This document shows positions 37,837 to 47,388 of a DNA stretch of 52,345 nt, piece after piece. This stretch comes from Candidatus Thorarchaeota archaeon (lineage in GTDB: Archaea; Asgardarchaeota; Thorarchaeia; Thorarchaeales; Thorarchaeaceae): NCBI GenBank assembly GCA_029858305.1, contig JAOUFI010000011.1, forward strand, positions 1 to 52,345, written 5' to 3'. The notes beneath the pieces are model-generated. The model saw nothing but the letters and a program-made list of their open reading frames with translations. It ran no database searches and had not been told where the DNA came from. Numbering within the stretch: position 1 is the first letter of the stretch; each line of letters starts with the position of its first letter. The position numbers and the translations under genes are program-made.

Positions 37837-39887
37837 GTGTCTCTTGAGTGCCGAATATTTACAGCAACACCTCGCTTGAAGATAAGCATCTCCTCTCCTG
37901 AGAGTAGTGCTCTTCCTACACCAAGAAGATTCATTTCACTGTCCACAACAAGGCACTCTTCTCCAGCTATGAGTCTAGAATCTGCCGTGACAACGAACTT
38001 GGCTAACGCAGATCTCCCCTTTGCTACAAACTCGCGAACTTCATCTTCAATCCTAACGATGTACCTGCTATCAATACCTAAATTGAGAAGTTCTATGCCG
38101 CCTTGAAATGTTGGAGTAAGTAAACCATTGGTTGGAACCATAGTGAAAAGAATGTGGCCATCCTGACTCACATAGCGAATCTTACCAGTGGACTTTGAAA
38201 TTTTGGCTGTTAGGTTTCCTTTATCTGCTAAAACAGCCGCCTCTTCTCCCCATTGGTACCTGAGTATTACTCTTAGCTTTCTCTGTATCCAGTCATTTTC
38301 TTTAATTTCTGCACTCTCAACATTTTCGAGTGCCTCAGACGCAGTGGAGGCGACCATCACGTCAGTCATTTCTGATAGCCGAGCAAGAATCGAATTAGTT
38401 GGACTCTCCCTACTAAACCAGATTATCTTCTTGAACTTCATACTTTTCAGAAATTCAAGGAGTCTATTCTCAACAATTTGCAAGGTATTTGAATCGACCT
38501 TTTTTGGAAAGATGCATTGCTGGGCAGGATGAACATGTTCAAGCTCCCATGGAACAACCCCCATCGGTGTTAGAAATAAGACAATGAGATTCTGAGGAGG
38601 TTTCTTTCTTACAAAATCGATGATTGTACTTGCAGACTCAGAAAACGGCCTTCCTCCACTATCCGGAAAGATGAGTATATTATCTGTTTCCCAATATGGA
38701 TATCTATCCATTATTCTGTTGTGAAATCTCACTATTTCAGGACGATTTACTGTTTCTGGTCCAGTGTAGAAGATTGAGGATGTCTTTGCCATTGGGTCCT
38801 GTTGATATAATAGGTTCATCTCTTCTAGCATCGTTTCAAAAGCTTCAAGGAGAGCTGGGTGACTTCTTGCTCTAAGAGATGTTAGTTCGAATAGTTTGTT
38901 ATCTGATATTGCTTGTCTAACTCTTCTAATCTCAGCTGCAGAGACATAAAGATTATGGCGCATGAGCGCGGCATCTCTTTCATCCTTTGAAAGTGCCTTC
39001 AAGTCATCTGCTGTTGTTGTACTACATACAGGACATTCACAAGGCAATTCAGAAAGTCCTTCCAAGTGCACAGTCCCTGATGTTAGTAGCATCCTTCCTG
39101 ACTCTGCAAATTTCGCATAAGAAGCGGAGTCAAATAGATCGCAACCTAGAAGAGCGGCTTGAGCGAAAAGCATGGGATGGCCACATCCGAAAAGGTGGAC
39201 AGGTCTATCTGGTGGGAGATATTTCTTGCATGCTTGAATAATTCTTACGATGTCTGTATATCTGTACATCTCCATAAAGGGTACCACACCACCTATTGGA
39301 TACACATCAAAATTCAGCTTTCCCATCTGCTGTGCTGATTTCTCTCTAAGATTTGTATACATTCCTCCCTGTATGGTGCCTGCTAGCATCATTTCACCCT
39401 TGATTCCTACAGACATCTTTGCTCGCTCAAGGGACAGGTCGACGTCTCTCTCCACTTGTTCATATCCAACATCAGGAGCAGAAAAAACATCAAGTATTGT
39501 GCCGATATCAGTTCTAATTTCTTTCTGAAATTCTACAATTGATATAGGATCTATCTCCTCCTTTGGAAGATCATGAAAATACATCTGGAATGTTCCAGAG
39601 TCTGTCATAATCGGACAATCAATATCCAAAAGTGCATGCACACCATTAGCTAGTGCTATCTCTCTAAATTTTTCATGTGAGTTAATGATGTATGAGTTTG
39701 TTATCACCATCTGGAATCCAAATTCTGAAATCATCTCATTAGCTCGAATAATTGCCTTTCCAGGATGGATTACTGGCATCAATAATGGAGTTCTTACTGC
39801 GCCGTGTTTGGTTTGTAATTTGCCTAGTCTTGCTAGTCCTTCCCGTGCTCTGATTTCGAATTGCGCCATAGGATGTCTTTTGGTCAC
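37833..39887 (-). CDS. tgtA: Archaeosine tRNA-guanine(15) transglycosylase with a PUA domain
   Basis: TPLLMPV, ITNSYII, MTDSGTFQ, VHLFGCGHP, FDSASY, CECPVC...HN zinc site, C-terminal PUA. The start may be the ATG at 39869. Confidence 0.95.
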   Translation of the reverse strand: MTKRHPMAQFEIRAREGLARLGKLQTKHGAVRTPLLMPVIHPGKAIIRANEMISEFGFQMVITNSYIINSHEKFREIALANGVHALLDIDCPIMTDSGTFQMYFHDLPKEEIDPISIVEFQKEIRTDIGTILDVFSAPDVGYEQVERDVDLSLERAKMSVGIKGEMMLAGTIQGGMYTNLREKSAQQMGKLNFDVYPIGGVVPFMEMYRYTDIVRIIQACKKYLPPDRPVHLFGCGHPMLFAQAALLGCDLFDSASYAKFAESGRMLLTSGTVHLEGLSELPCECPVCSTTTADDLKALSKDERDAALMRHNLYVSAAEIRRVRQAISDNKLFELTSLRARSHPALLEAFETMLEEMNLLYQQDPMAKTSSIFYTGPETVNRPEIVRFHNRIMDRYPYWETDNILIFPDSGGRPFSESASTIIDFVRKKPPQNLIVLFLTPMGVVPWELEHVHPAQQCIFPKKVDSNTLQIVENRLLEFLKSMKFKKIIWFSRESPTNSILARLSEMTDVMVASTASEALENVESAEIKENDWIQRKLRVILRYQWGEEAAVLADKGNLTAKISKSTGKIRYVSQDGHILFTMVPTNGLLTPTFQGGIELLNLGIDSRYIVRIEDEVREFVAKGRSALAKFVVTADSRLIAGEECLVVDSEMNLLGVGRALLSGEEMLIFKRGVAVNIRHSRDT

Positions 39888-39982
39888 TAGAAAGGAGAGT
39901 CAAGAATCTTTCTCTAGGTCTCGAAAAATTAGACATCGAACATATCACACTCTTTAAGACGAAAATATTCATCTCATGCATA

Positions 39983-41296
39983 ATGGTCGATGCTTCTGCA
40001 CTTCTTGTACAAAGAAGAAAGTATGATGAACCCAATCTACTCGGCGAGTTTGAATCACTTGCAATCACAGCAGGATACAAGGTTCTCGGAAACTTCGATG
40101 TAGTGAGTGCTCCATCTGCGAAATATGGAATCAGAAGTGGAAAGGCAGAGGAAATCAAGATTTGGATTGAAGTCAATGAACCTGATGTTGTCCTTTTTTC
40201 ACCTGTCCTAAAATCAAGTCAAATCTTTAGGTTGATGGAGCTGTGGGATATTGAGGTTCGAGACCGTAATCAAGTGATTCTCGAAATTTTTGACAAACAT
40301 GCGAGAACACAGCAGGCAAAGTTGCAGATAGAACAAGCACGGCTAAGTTATGAGTTACCTTTTGAGAGACACCAGATTCGCATGAGGCTTCAGAAAGAGC
40401 ATACCGGAGATCGTCCTGTAGCTGAACAGATCGGTGCGGGTGAGGATCTCCTGAACCTTCGAATTCAAGATTTAAAACGAAGAATCGCAGGGATATCAGA
40501 TAAGCTCGAAAAAATATCTGAATCGCAGGCATTAATGAAGAAAAAGCGCACAAATGAGGGATTTATAGAGATTGCGTTAACTGGCTACACAAATGCTGGA
40601 AAGAGCACACTTCACGACGCTCTTACAGGATCCAATGTTGAAATAGCAGATGAACTCTTCACAACATTATCAACAAAAGCAACTGAGCTTAACATGCCTG
40701 GACGACATATTGTCCTCACTGACTCTGTTGGATTCATCAGCGATCTTCCTCCTGCATTATTAAAGGCCTTTAATACCACTCTCATGGAAGTAGGCGATGC
40801 TGACATCATCATTCTGGTTGTGGATGCCTCGGATTCATTAAAAGAGATGAATAGGAAGATCCATGCATGTCTCGATACATTCAACGAGATTGGCGCAAAT
40901 GGTATACCAATCATCGCTGCAATGAATAAGATTGACCTTATTGATGAGTCGTTGTTAGAGCAAAAAAGAGAACTTCTTGAGGGCATTTCATCATATATCA
41001 TTCCCATTTCTGCTAAGAACAAAACGAATCTTGATGTTCTTCTAAGAACAATAGAACAAGCACTACCTCATCTTTGGAGATACGCTATTGCATTGCCTTA
41101 TGGCGATGAAGGGATGTCGCTCTTGTCTTGGTTACATGAAGCTGCTGTGGTCGAATCTGAATCATATTCGGAGGACTCTATTCACGTAGTTGCTCTTCTT
41201 GGTCTTGAAGCTGAGCAGAAAATATCCAGATTATTGCCGGTCGCCAGCCTTCATAGAATAGTTGCGAATTCAGAGAGTCACTCATTTCTTTCATGA
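39983..41296 (+). CDS. hflX: GTPase HflX
   Basis: DRNQVILEIFDKHA..AKLQIE, GYTNAGKST, LFTTL, DSVGFI, NKID, ISA. Confidence 0.95.
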   Translation: MVDASALLVQRRKYDEPNLLGEFESLAITAGYKVLGNFDVVSAPSAKYGIRSGKAEEIKIWIEVNEPDVVLFSPVLKSSQIFRLMELWDIEVRDRNQVILEIFDKHARTQQAKLQIEQARLSYELPFERHQIRMRLQKEHTGDRPVAEQIGAGEDLLNLRIQDLKRRIAGISDKLEKISESQALMKKKRTNEGFIEIALTGYTNAGKSTLHDALTGSNVEIADELFTTLSTKATELNMPGRHIVLTDSVGFISDLPPALLKAFNTTLMEVGDADIIILVVDASDSLKEMNRKIHACLDTFNEIGANGIPIIAAMNKIDLIDESLLEQKRELLEGISSYIIPISAKNKTNLDVLLRTIEQALPHLWRYAIALPYGDEGMSLLSWLHEAAVVESESYSEDSIHVVALLGLEAEQKISRLLPVASLHRIVANSESHSFLS

Positions 41297-41499
41297 GATA
41301 AATGATTCATTTTCATCCAGCGAACACACAACCAATCTCAGATAATCACTTCTGGAAGTCCTAGATTCATTCAATTAAAGAAACATGTAACAAACAATGA
41401 TTGATTCTGACTGATTTCGACAAAAGCAATTAAGGGACAAGTGTTTTGCTCTGATTATTCAAAATATGGGAGAATTCTATCCTGTCGATAACGAAACTC

Positions 41500-42414
41500 A
41501 TGCAGATATTAGAATCCGGAAGTTTTGTAGTTACATGTGAGATTGGCTGTCCTCGAGGAGCAGATAAGGCGATTGTTCTGAAACGAACCCATCTAGTTTC
41601 AGACTATTGCGATGCAATCAACATAGCTGACAACGCTCTCGGCATCCCTTCCATGAGCAGCACAGCATGTGCTCGATTTGTTTTAGATGCTGGAGCCGAA
41701 CCTATAATGCATCTAACGACGCGTGATAGGAATAGTATCTCTATTGAGAGTGAGTTATACGGTGCATATGCACTTGGTGTTCGTAATGTGCTTTTCATTA
41801 CTGGCGATGATGTGCTTCTTGGCTCACACCCCTATGCAAAAACTGTATATGATCTAGATTCAACTCAGGCACTTAAATTGGCAAGTCACCTTATGAGCGG
41901 TACTAACTTGCTTAATGAACCATTAGAAGGTATTCCCAAGTTTTTCCTTGGATCAACTTTCAATCCAAATGCTACTCCACTAGAGATTCAGGTGCAGCGC
42001 GCAGAAAAGAAGCGAGATGCTGGAGCAAGATTCTTCCAGACGCAAGCAATCTTTGAAACTACTGGATTAGAAGCCTTCATGGATCTAGCAAAAGATCTTG
42101 AATTAAGAGTACTTGCTGGGGTCATACCTTTGAAGGGTCCAAAAAGAGCATCCTTCATGAAGAACAATGTTCCCGGAATCAATGTTCCTGAGGAGCTTAT
42201 CCTGCGGCTTGAAGATGCTGGCAAGGGTCTTAAGGATGACGAGATGTTGGAAGCCATGCGCGCAGAGGGTCTTCTCATAGCGGTAGAAACAATCAAGGCT
42301 ATTCGACGAATAAAAGGTATACAAGGTGTGCATCTAATGGGCGTAGGTTGGGAAGAGAGCATCCCTGCAATAGTAAAGAGCGCAGGTCTTTATCCTAGAC
42401 CAAAAGTGAGGTGA
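41500..42414 (+). CDS. Methylenetetrahydrofolate reductase family flavoprotein (MetF-like)
   Basis: VVTCEIGCPRG, DAINIADN, HLTTRDRN, ITGD, KRDAGARFFQTQ, GVHLM. An in-frame CTG at 41482 is a possible start. Confidence 0.9.
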   Translation: MQILESGSFVVTCEIGCPRGADKAIVLKRTHLVSDYCDAINIADNALGIPSMSSTACARFVLDAGAEPIMHLTTRDRNSISIESELYGAYALGVRNVLFITGDDVLLGSHPYAKTVYDLDSTQALKLASHLMSGTNLLNEPLEGIPKFFLGSTFNPNATPLEIQVQRAEKKRDAGARFFQTQAIFETTGLEAFMDLAKDLELRVLAGVIPLKGPKRASFMKNNVPGINVPEELILRLEDAGKGLKDDEMLEAMRAEGLLIAVETIKAIRRIKGIQGVHLMGVGWEESIPAIVKSAGLYPRPKVR

Positions 42415-42421
42415 AGATGGA

Positions 42422-43339
42422 TTGTTTGTCTTTAAAAAAGAACAACAAATATTCGATTTCGGTGGAATTTCAGTTGGTGGACATCCTGGCGAAAATCCTA
42501 CAGTCTTGATTGGGGGACTCTTCTTTAAGGGGCAACCCATTGTCGAGGATACTAAAAAAGGGACATTCGATAAGAGTCTGGCATTAGAATGGATTGATAC
42601 TGCAACTTCAATGGTTGAAAAAACAGGTCATCCATTAATGATTCAAGCTTATGGAAGAACACCTGAAGCAATAGTGAATCATCTAACTTGGCTTTCTGAA
42701 CATTTCAAGGGACCAATTTTATTTGAATCAATAAATGCCGCTGCAAGACAGAGAGCCATAGAATTCTGCGACGAGATTGGTATTCATGAACGTGTGATTT
42801 ACAATTCCATCAATCTGTCGATGAAAGAGGAAGAAAAAGAGGCTTTGAAGAATAGCTCACTCGACATGGCAGTCGTTTTGGGTTGGTCTCCTCGTGCAAC
42901 ATCACTCCCAGACCGATTGAAGACCATCATTGAAATGGTTGATGTGGCTCGAGAAATTGGAGTGAAAAAGATCCTAATCGACCCAGCTACATTGCCTGTT
43001 GGAGCTGGTTATGGTCTAGAATATAGGACAACAATTGCAGTAAAGTCTGAGCTTGGTCTTCCTACATGCCTCGGTCCTCATAATGCTCCTTCTGCATGGC
43101 GTTTTATCAAACAACCTGATTTTAATGATGAATCGATACAGACTTCTTCGGTGGTTGCATCCACTGTGGCAGCTCAACTCTTTGCAACAGATGCGATCAT
43201 GTATGGCTCAATGATTAGGACAAAAGAGGTTTTTATTGCAGTTTCGCTGATATCAAATGCCATAGCGACCGCAATAGCTGAAGCAAACAGTGTCCTTGGA
43301 ATCGACAGGCTGTTTTTCGATCCACCAACACATCAATAG
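42422..43339 (+). CDS. MtrH-like pterin-binding methyltransferase (divergent copy)
   Basis: MFVFKKEQ..F..I.VGG.PGENPTVLIG..F, IYNSIN, LGLPT..GPHN, YG. Confidence 0.85.
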   Translation: MFVFKKEQQIFDFGGISVGGHPGENPTVLIGGLFFKGQPIVEDTKKGTFDKSLALEWIDTATSMVEKTGHPLMIQAYGRTPEAIVNHLTWLSEHFKGPILFESINAAARQRAIEFCDEIGIHERVIYNSINLSMKEEEKEALKNSSLDMAVVLGWSPRATSLPDRLKTIIEMVDVAREIGVKKILIDPATLPVGAGYGLEYRTTIAVKSELGLPTCLGPHNAPSAWRFIKQPDFNDESIQTSSVVASTVAAQLFATDAIMYGSMIRTKEVFIAVSLISNAIATAIAEANSVLGIDRLFFDPPTHQ

Positions 43340-43351
43340 GAGGTCATACTA

Positions 43352-44038
43352 ATGAATAATCAGCATGAATGGCCACCAGTTCCTGGGGACTTTGATGTAA
43401 ATGATTCTTCTCACTCTGTGGCTATCTGCACATTAGGCAAAAGAATTGAGATCTTAGGAAAATATGCAATTGCAGGCTCATGCAAGACCGAGAATATTGG
43501 GATAGAGCGTGTAATCATAAATGTGATATCGAATCCAAATATCCGTTTTCTCATTCTCACGGGTCCTGAGGTGCCTGGGCATTTGACGGGTAGGACTCTA
43601 CGTGCGCTATTTCATAACGGAGTTGATCCTGATACACGGAAAATAATCAATGCTGAAGGTGCAATACCCTACATCGAGAATGTGCCACTTGAAGGAATCC
43701 AACGTTTCAGAGAACAGATAGAGCTTGTAGATATGATCAACATACTTGATTCAACAGTGATTCAAGAGAAAGCTGCACTTTTGGCTGAAGATAATCCTGG
43801 ACCCTACCCAAAAGAAGCAATTTGGATTGAGTTTAAGGCTGCATCTCGAAAAACACGACAGGCAAGTGTAAGTGCTAATATCATCATGCTTCCTGAATAT
43901 GGTGTGCTACTAGAACATACCAGTTCCCTTGTAACAAAACAGGAAGCTCATGCAACTATCTCTGACCATCCCTCACCAATCACTATTGAAGTGAGAAGTA
44001 GTGATACAGGCACTCTATTGGTAGTTAAGGAGGAATAG
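43352..44038 (+). CDS. mtrA: MtrA-like corrinoid protein without a membrane anchor
   Basis: WPPVPGDF, CTLG, CKTENIGIERVIINVISNPNIRFLIL, EVPGHLTG (His77 cobamide ligand), GAIPYIEN; no hydrophobic C-terminal helix. Confidence 0.9.
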   Translation: MNNQHEWPPVPGDFDVNDSSHSVAICTLGKRIEILGKYAIAGSCKTENIGIERVIINVISNPNIRFLILTGPEVPGHLTGRTLRALFHNGVDPDTRKIINAEGAIPYIENVPLEGIQRFREQIELVDMINILDSTVIQEKAALLAEDNPGPYPKEAIWIEFKAASRKTRQASVSANIIMLPEYGVLLEHTSSLVTKQEAHATISDHPSPITIEVRSSDTGTLLVVKEE

Positions 44039-44043
44039 AATTT

Positions 44044-44979
44044 TTGTTTGTATTTGAGAAAGAACAAATAATCCATAACATCGGTGGTATCAAGATTGGT
44101 GGAAATCTTGGAGAGGTGCCCACAGTCCTTGCTGGAACTATCTTCTATGGCGGACACAAGATTGTTGAAGATGTACGGAAAGGCATTTTTGACAAGGATA
44201 AAGCAAGAACGCTATTACTCAAACAAGATGAGATGTCTGAAATGACAGGCAACCCTGCCCTCGTGCAGATTTTCTCCGAATCTAAAGATGCAATGCTCCG
44301 CTACATAGATTTTGTTACAGATCTTTCAAATGCTCCTTTCTTAATAGACTCAACTGAGCCAACCGTGAGAATTGAAGGTTTGAGACATGCTGAAGAGATA
44401 GGTCTCTCTGATCAAGCAATCTATAACTCAATCAATGTATCTGCAACATCAGAGGAGATTGAAGCACTTAGGGAGTTACATCATGAATGTGCGATTGTAC
44501 TGGCTTTTAATCCTCAAGATTCAACAATTGCGGGTAGAAGAGCTGTTCTTGATGAGCCTGTTTTGGAGAGAAATCAAGGGCTTCTGAATCTGTGTCAGGA
44601 TATCGGTGTGACAAAACCCCTCATAGATACAGCAGTAACAGCTATGGGTGCTGGAGCAGGTTCAGCAGCAGCTTTTACATTAGTTGCAAAGACAGTATAT
44701 GGCTTGCCCACAGGATCCGGAGTGCACAACGCTCCTTCGTCTTGGACTTGGTTAAGAAAATACAAGAAGACGGATCGTGAAGCATTTTACGCAGCTGATA
44801 TCGCATCAAATATTATTGTACAGATGCTAGGCGCTGATTTCGTGCTCTATGGACCAATTGAGAACGCCAACCGTGTATTCCCTGTTGTTGCCATGGCTGA
44901 CGTTTTCGTGGCGGAATCTGGATACTTGGAATTTGGTATTGAGCCCGATGCCAATCATCCATTCAAGAAATTGCTATGA
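44044..44979 (+). CDS. mtrH: Tetrahydromethanopterin S-methyltransferase subunit H family protein
   Basis: MFVFEKEQ, PTVLAGTIFYGGHKIV, PFLIDST, IYNSIN, PLIDTA, GLPTGSGVHN, GADFVLYGPIENA..VFP. Confidence 0.92.
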   Translation: MFVFEKEQIIHNIGGIKIGGNLGEVPTVLAGTIFYGGHKIVEDVRKGIFDKDKARTLLLKQDEMSEMTGNPALVQIFSESKDAMLRYIDFVTDLSNAPFLIDSTEPTVRIEGLRHAEEIGLSDQAIYNSINVSATSEEIEALRELHHECAIVLAFNPQDSTIAGRRAVLDEPVLERNQGLLNLCQDIGVTKPLIDTAVTAMGAGAGSAAAFTLVAKTVYGLPTGSGVHNAPSSWTWLRKYKKTDREAFYAADIASNIIVQMLGADFVLYGPIENANRVFPVVAMADVFVAESGYLEFGIEPDANHPFKKLL

Positions 44980-44982
44980 GAG

Positions 44983-46386
44983 GTGAAGACTCCCATGCAA
45001 AGAGTTCTAAGGCCAAGGGCAATCGGACTGTCTTCTCTTAGAATGGGTCATTACTTTACAGTAGCTTCTGTTGAATTAGGAAACACAACAACAAAATGCA
45101 TACTTGTCACAACAAATTTGGAGACCGCAGAAATATTTGAGATTGAGAAAGAAGTGCGAATGACTCGTGATGTGCGCCTTCCAAGATCAGATGAAACTGT
45201 CTTTGGTGAAACTGTGTTTGGCGTTCCATTGACACGGGACTCTGTCAGTGAATTAGTTTCGAGCGTTTTAATCTCAGTCACATCTAGAGCTGGAATAGAT
45301 ATTGAAAGAGACCTTCACTTTGTCGTTCGATCCACAGGAGTCACTGCAAGTTTTGCGAGTCCTTCCGAGGTTGGAACTATTGTTCAAGCACTTGCTGATG
45401 GATGCATTAATGCTGGTATTCCTCCCAGAAAAATGACTGCAGCAATATCATCTGAAAATCTCCCCCCTGACCTTCATGATTTCACTTGGCTTAAGAAAGT
45501 CTATTTTGATGGTGCCATTGCTTCATCACTACCTCCTGCAAATACGGAGATTGTAGCAAACGAGATGGAGGGTGAGCTTGTAACTGCTGGTATCAAGGGT
45601 GCTGCAAAGGGCACAGCAATTGATTTCAGGAACCCTGTGATGACTCTGGATTTTGGAACAACTCTGGCCGGACGTATTACCGATAATGGATTTCCATATG
45701 CTAAAACGATTGGTTCTTTTGCAGGTTTGGCTGGCGCGATTCCCGATGCACTTGCTCGCGGATCTGGATTGGTTCAGCCTACAATTGGATGTGTACTTGA
45801 TCTTCCAAGAAGCAGTAGATCGCAGCGTACTGATGTCAACGCTGAGTGGTTAGAAAAAGTGCAGAGAGTAATCAAAATAGAACGTGTTCCTCGTAACGCA
45901 ACTCGATTTGGGACTGTCCCGGTCAATACCGCGGCGGCAAAAGAATCTAATGTTGTTTTGATTGGTGTAGATGCTGACCTACTGATTTTGGAAAAGCTTG
46001 GATTCATGTTCTTAGAACAAGAGAATGAAATGCAGCTACTTGCTCTAATTGATCGACTACAAGCATGGATAGTGCAACGTATTGTGAGTATTGCTGAATC
46101 AGAAAATCTACTGCTCGATGCGACTTCATTGGGGCTAACAGGTAGAGCTATCACGACTGGCATGAAACCAAAAATCATCTCTGAAGGTCTTCGTTTGAAT
46201 AATGGAGAACTTTGGACCACCTCACACCAGCTTGTATTTGTCGAGGATGGTCTTGCGATGGGAGCTGCCGTAGCCGCTAGATGCATGAACTCCATGGGTA
46301 CAACCCGGCATCCAATGGGCGGCCGGAGAGGTGACCGATGCATCATGGCGGAGAGGATGAGGCTTCAGGGTAAGAAGTTGAAATGA
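44983..46386 (+). CDS. Methanogenesis marker protein 14 family (ASKHA-fold ATPase-like)
   Basis: VASVELGNTTTKCIL, MTRDVR.P, DLHFVVRSTGV, ANEMEGELVTAGIK, RNP..LDFGTTLAGR, DGLAMGAAVAARCMNSMG...GG.RG..CI. Confidence 0.85.
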   Translation: MKTPMQRVLRPRAIGLSSLRMGHYFTVASVELGNTTTKCILVTTNLETAEIFEIEKEVRMTRDVRLPRSDETVFGETVFGVPLTRDSVSELVSSVLISVTSRAGIDIERDLHFVVRSTGVTASFASPSEVGTIVQALADGCINAGIPPRKMTAAISSENLPPDLHDFTWLKKVYFDGAIASSLPPANTEIVANEMEGELVTAGIKGAAKGTAIDFRNPVMTLDFGTTLAGRITDNGFPYAKTIGSFAGLAGAIPDALARGSGLVQPTIGCVLDLPRSSRSQRTDVNAEWLEKVQRVIKIERVPRNATRFGTVPVNTAAAKESNVVLIGVDADLLILEKLGFMFLEQENEMQLLALIDRLQAWIVQRIVSIAESENLLLDATSLGLTGRAITTGMKPKIISEGLRLNNGELWTTSHQLVFVEDGLAMGAAVAARCMNSMGTTRHPMGGRRGDRCIMAERMRLQGKKLK

Positions 46387-46472
46387 ATCTATATCATCCT
46401 TGATCTACTATCATGTTGTTATGTGAGAGTCTTTATCTTGGCGCTATTACTGGACCAGATAGGTCGATAACA

Positions 46473-47252
46473 TTGTTAGTGTATCCAATCAAGACTCGCA
46501 TCATTACAGGGAATGACAATTTACTTGATGTGTTATTAGAGGGGCTTGCTTCTACAGGTATGGAAATACAAGACAATGACATCATTACTGTCGCTGAGAC
46601 CCCTCTTGGCACAACAGAGGGTAGAGTTGTGAAGCTAACAGATGTTCAAGTTTCGCAAGAAGCCACAAAACTTGCTGAGAAGTACGAGCTGCTTCCTGAA
46701 GTGGCTCAACTTATCATCGAAGAGGCTGATGATATTTTGGGAGGCATTCCTCATGTGGTTCTCACAATAAAGAACAATACACTGATGGCAAACGCTGGTA
46801 TTGATAAATCAAATGTACCTCCAGGATTTGCATCGTTACTTCCTCTAGACGCTCGTGTGAGTGCAGAGAAACTACGTGATGAGGTCATGAAACGTCTTGG
46901 GAAGGTCATCGGTGTCATGGTCATTGATAGTAGAACGCAACCATTAAGGCTCGGCAATATTGGTATGGCCTTGGGTGTTGCTGGATTTAGACCAGTTGCT
47001 GATGATCGAGGGAGAAAGGATCTTTTTGGGAATGAGTTACGAATCACGCGTAGAGCCATTGCTGATAATTTGGCATCTGCATGCACTGCAGTAATGGGTG
47101 AATCAAACGAATCAGTACCCGCTGCCTTGATTCGTGACGCTCCTGTAGAGTTTGTTAATCAATCATTTGACTCCTCCGAGATGTGGATATCTCCTTCAGA
47201 ATGTATGTACATGGCTATCTTTGACCAATGGCGACGTGGGAATACAAGCTGA
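46473..47252 (+). CDS. cofE: Coenzyme F420-0:L-glutamate ligase family protein
   Basis: ANAGIDKSN, DSRTQPLRLG, DDRGRKDLFGNEL..T..AIAD, MGE...P..IR. TTG at 46473 is preferred over 46413. Confidence 0.88.
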   Translation: MLVYPIKTRIITGNDNLLDVLLEGLASTGMEIQDNDIITVAETPLGTTEGRVVKLTDVQVSQEATKLAEKYELLPEVAQLIIEEADDILGGIPHVVLTIKNNTLMANAGIDKSNVPPGFASLLPLDARVSAEKLRDEVMKRLGKVIGVMVIDSRTQPLRLGNIGMALGVAGFRPVADDRGRKDLFGNELRITRRAIADNLASACTAVMGESNESVPAALIRDAPVEFVNQSFDSSEMWISPSECMYMAIFDQWRRGNTS

Positions 47253-47388
47253 CAATCTTATTTAGTCAGGGGTTCATGAAATAGATATCAATCATCGACA
47301 TTTGGTTGAGTCCATCTTTGGAAGAAACAAATGATTCCAGAAGATGAGAAATCTATTCGGTGGAGTATTGGCAGGAGTCTGAGGACAT

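Noticed and set aside
41500-47252. Evidence for methanogenesis or a Na+-pumping Mtr complex
   Set aside because: No mcr and no membrane Mtr subunits in the window; MtrA lacks its anchor.
39983-47252. Selenocysteine read-through at TGA-ending genes (hflX, metF-like, mtrH, marker 14, cofE)
   Set aside because: The proteins appear full length at the TGA, the next gene often starts at once, and I recognised no SECIS.
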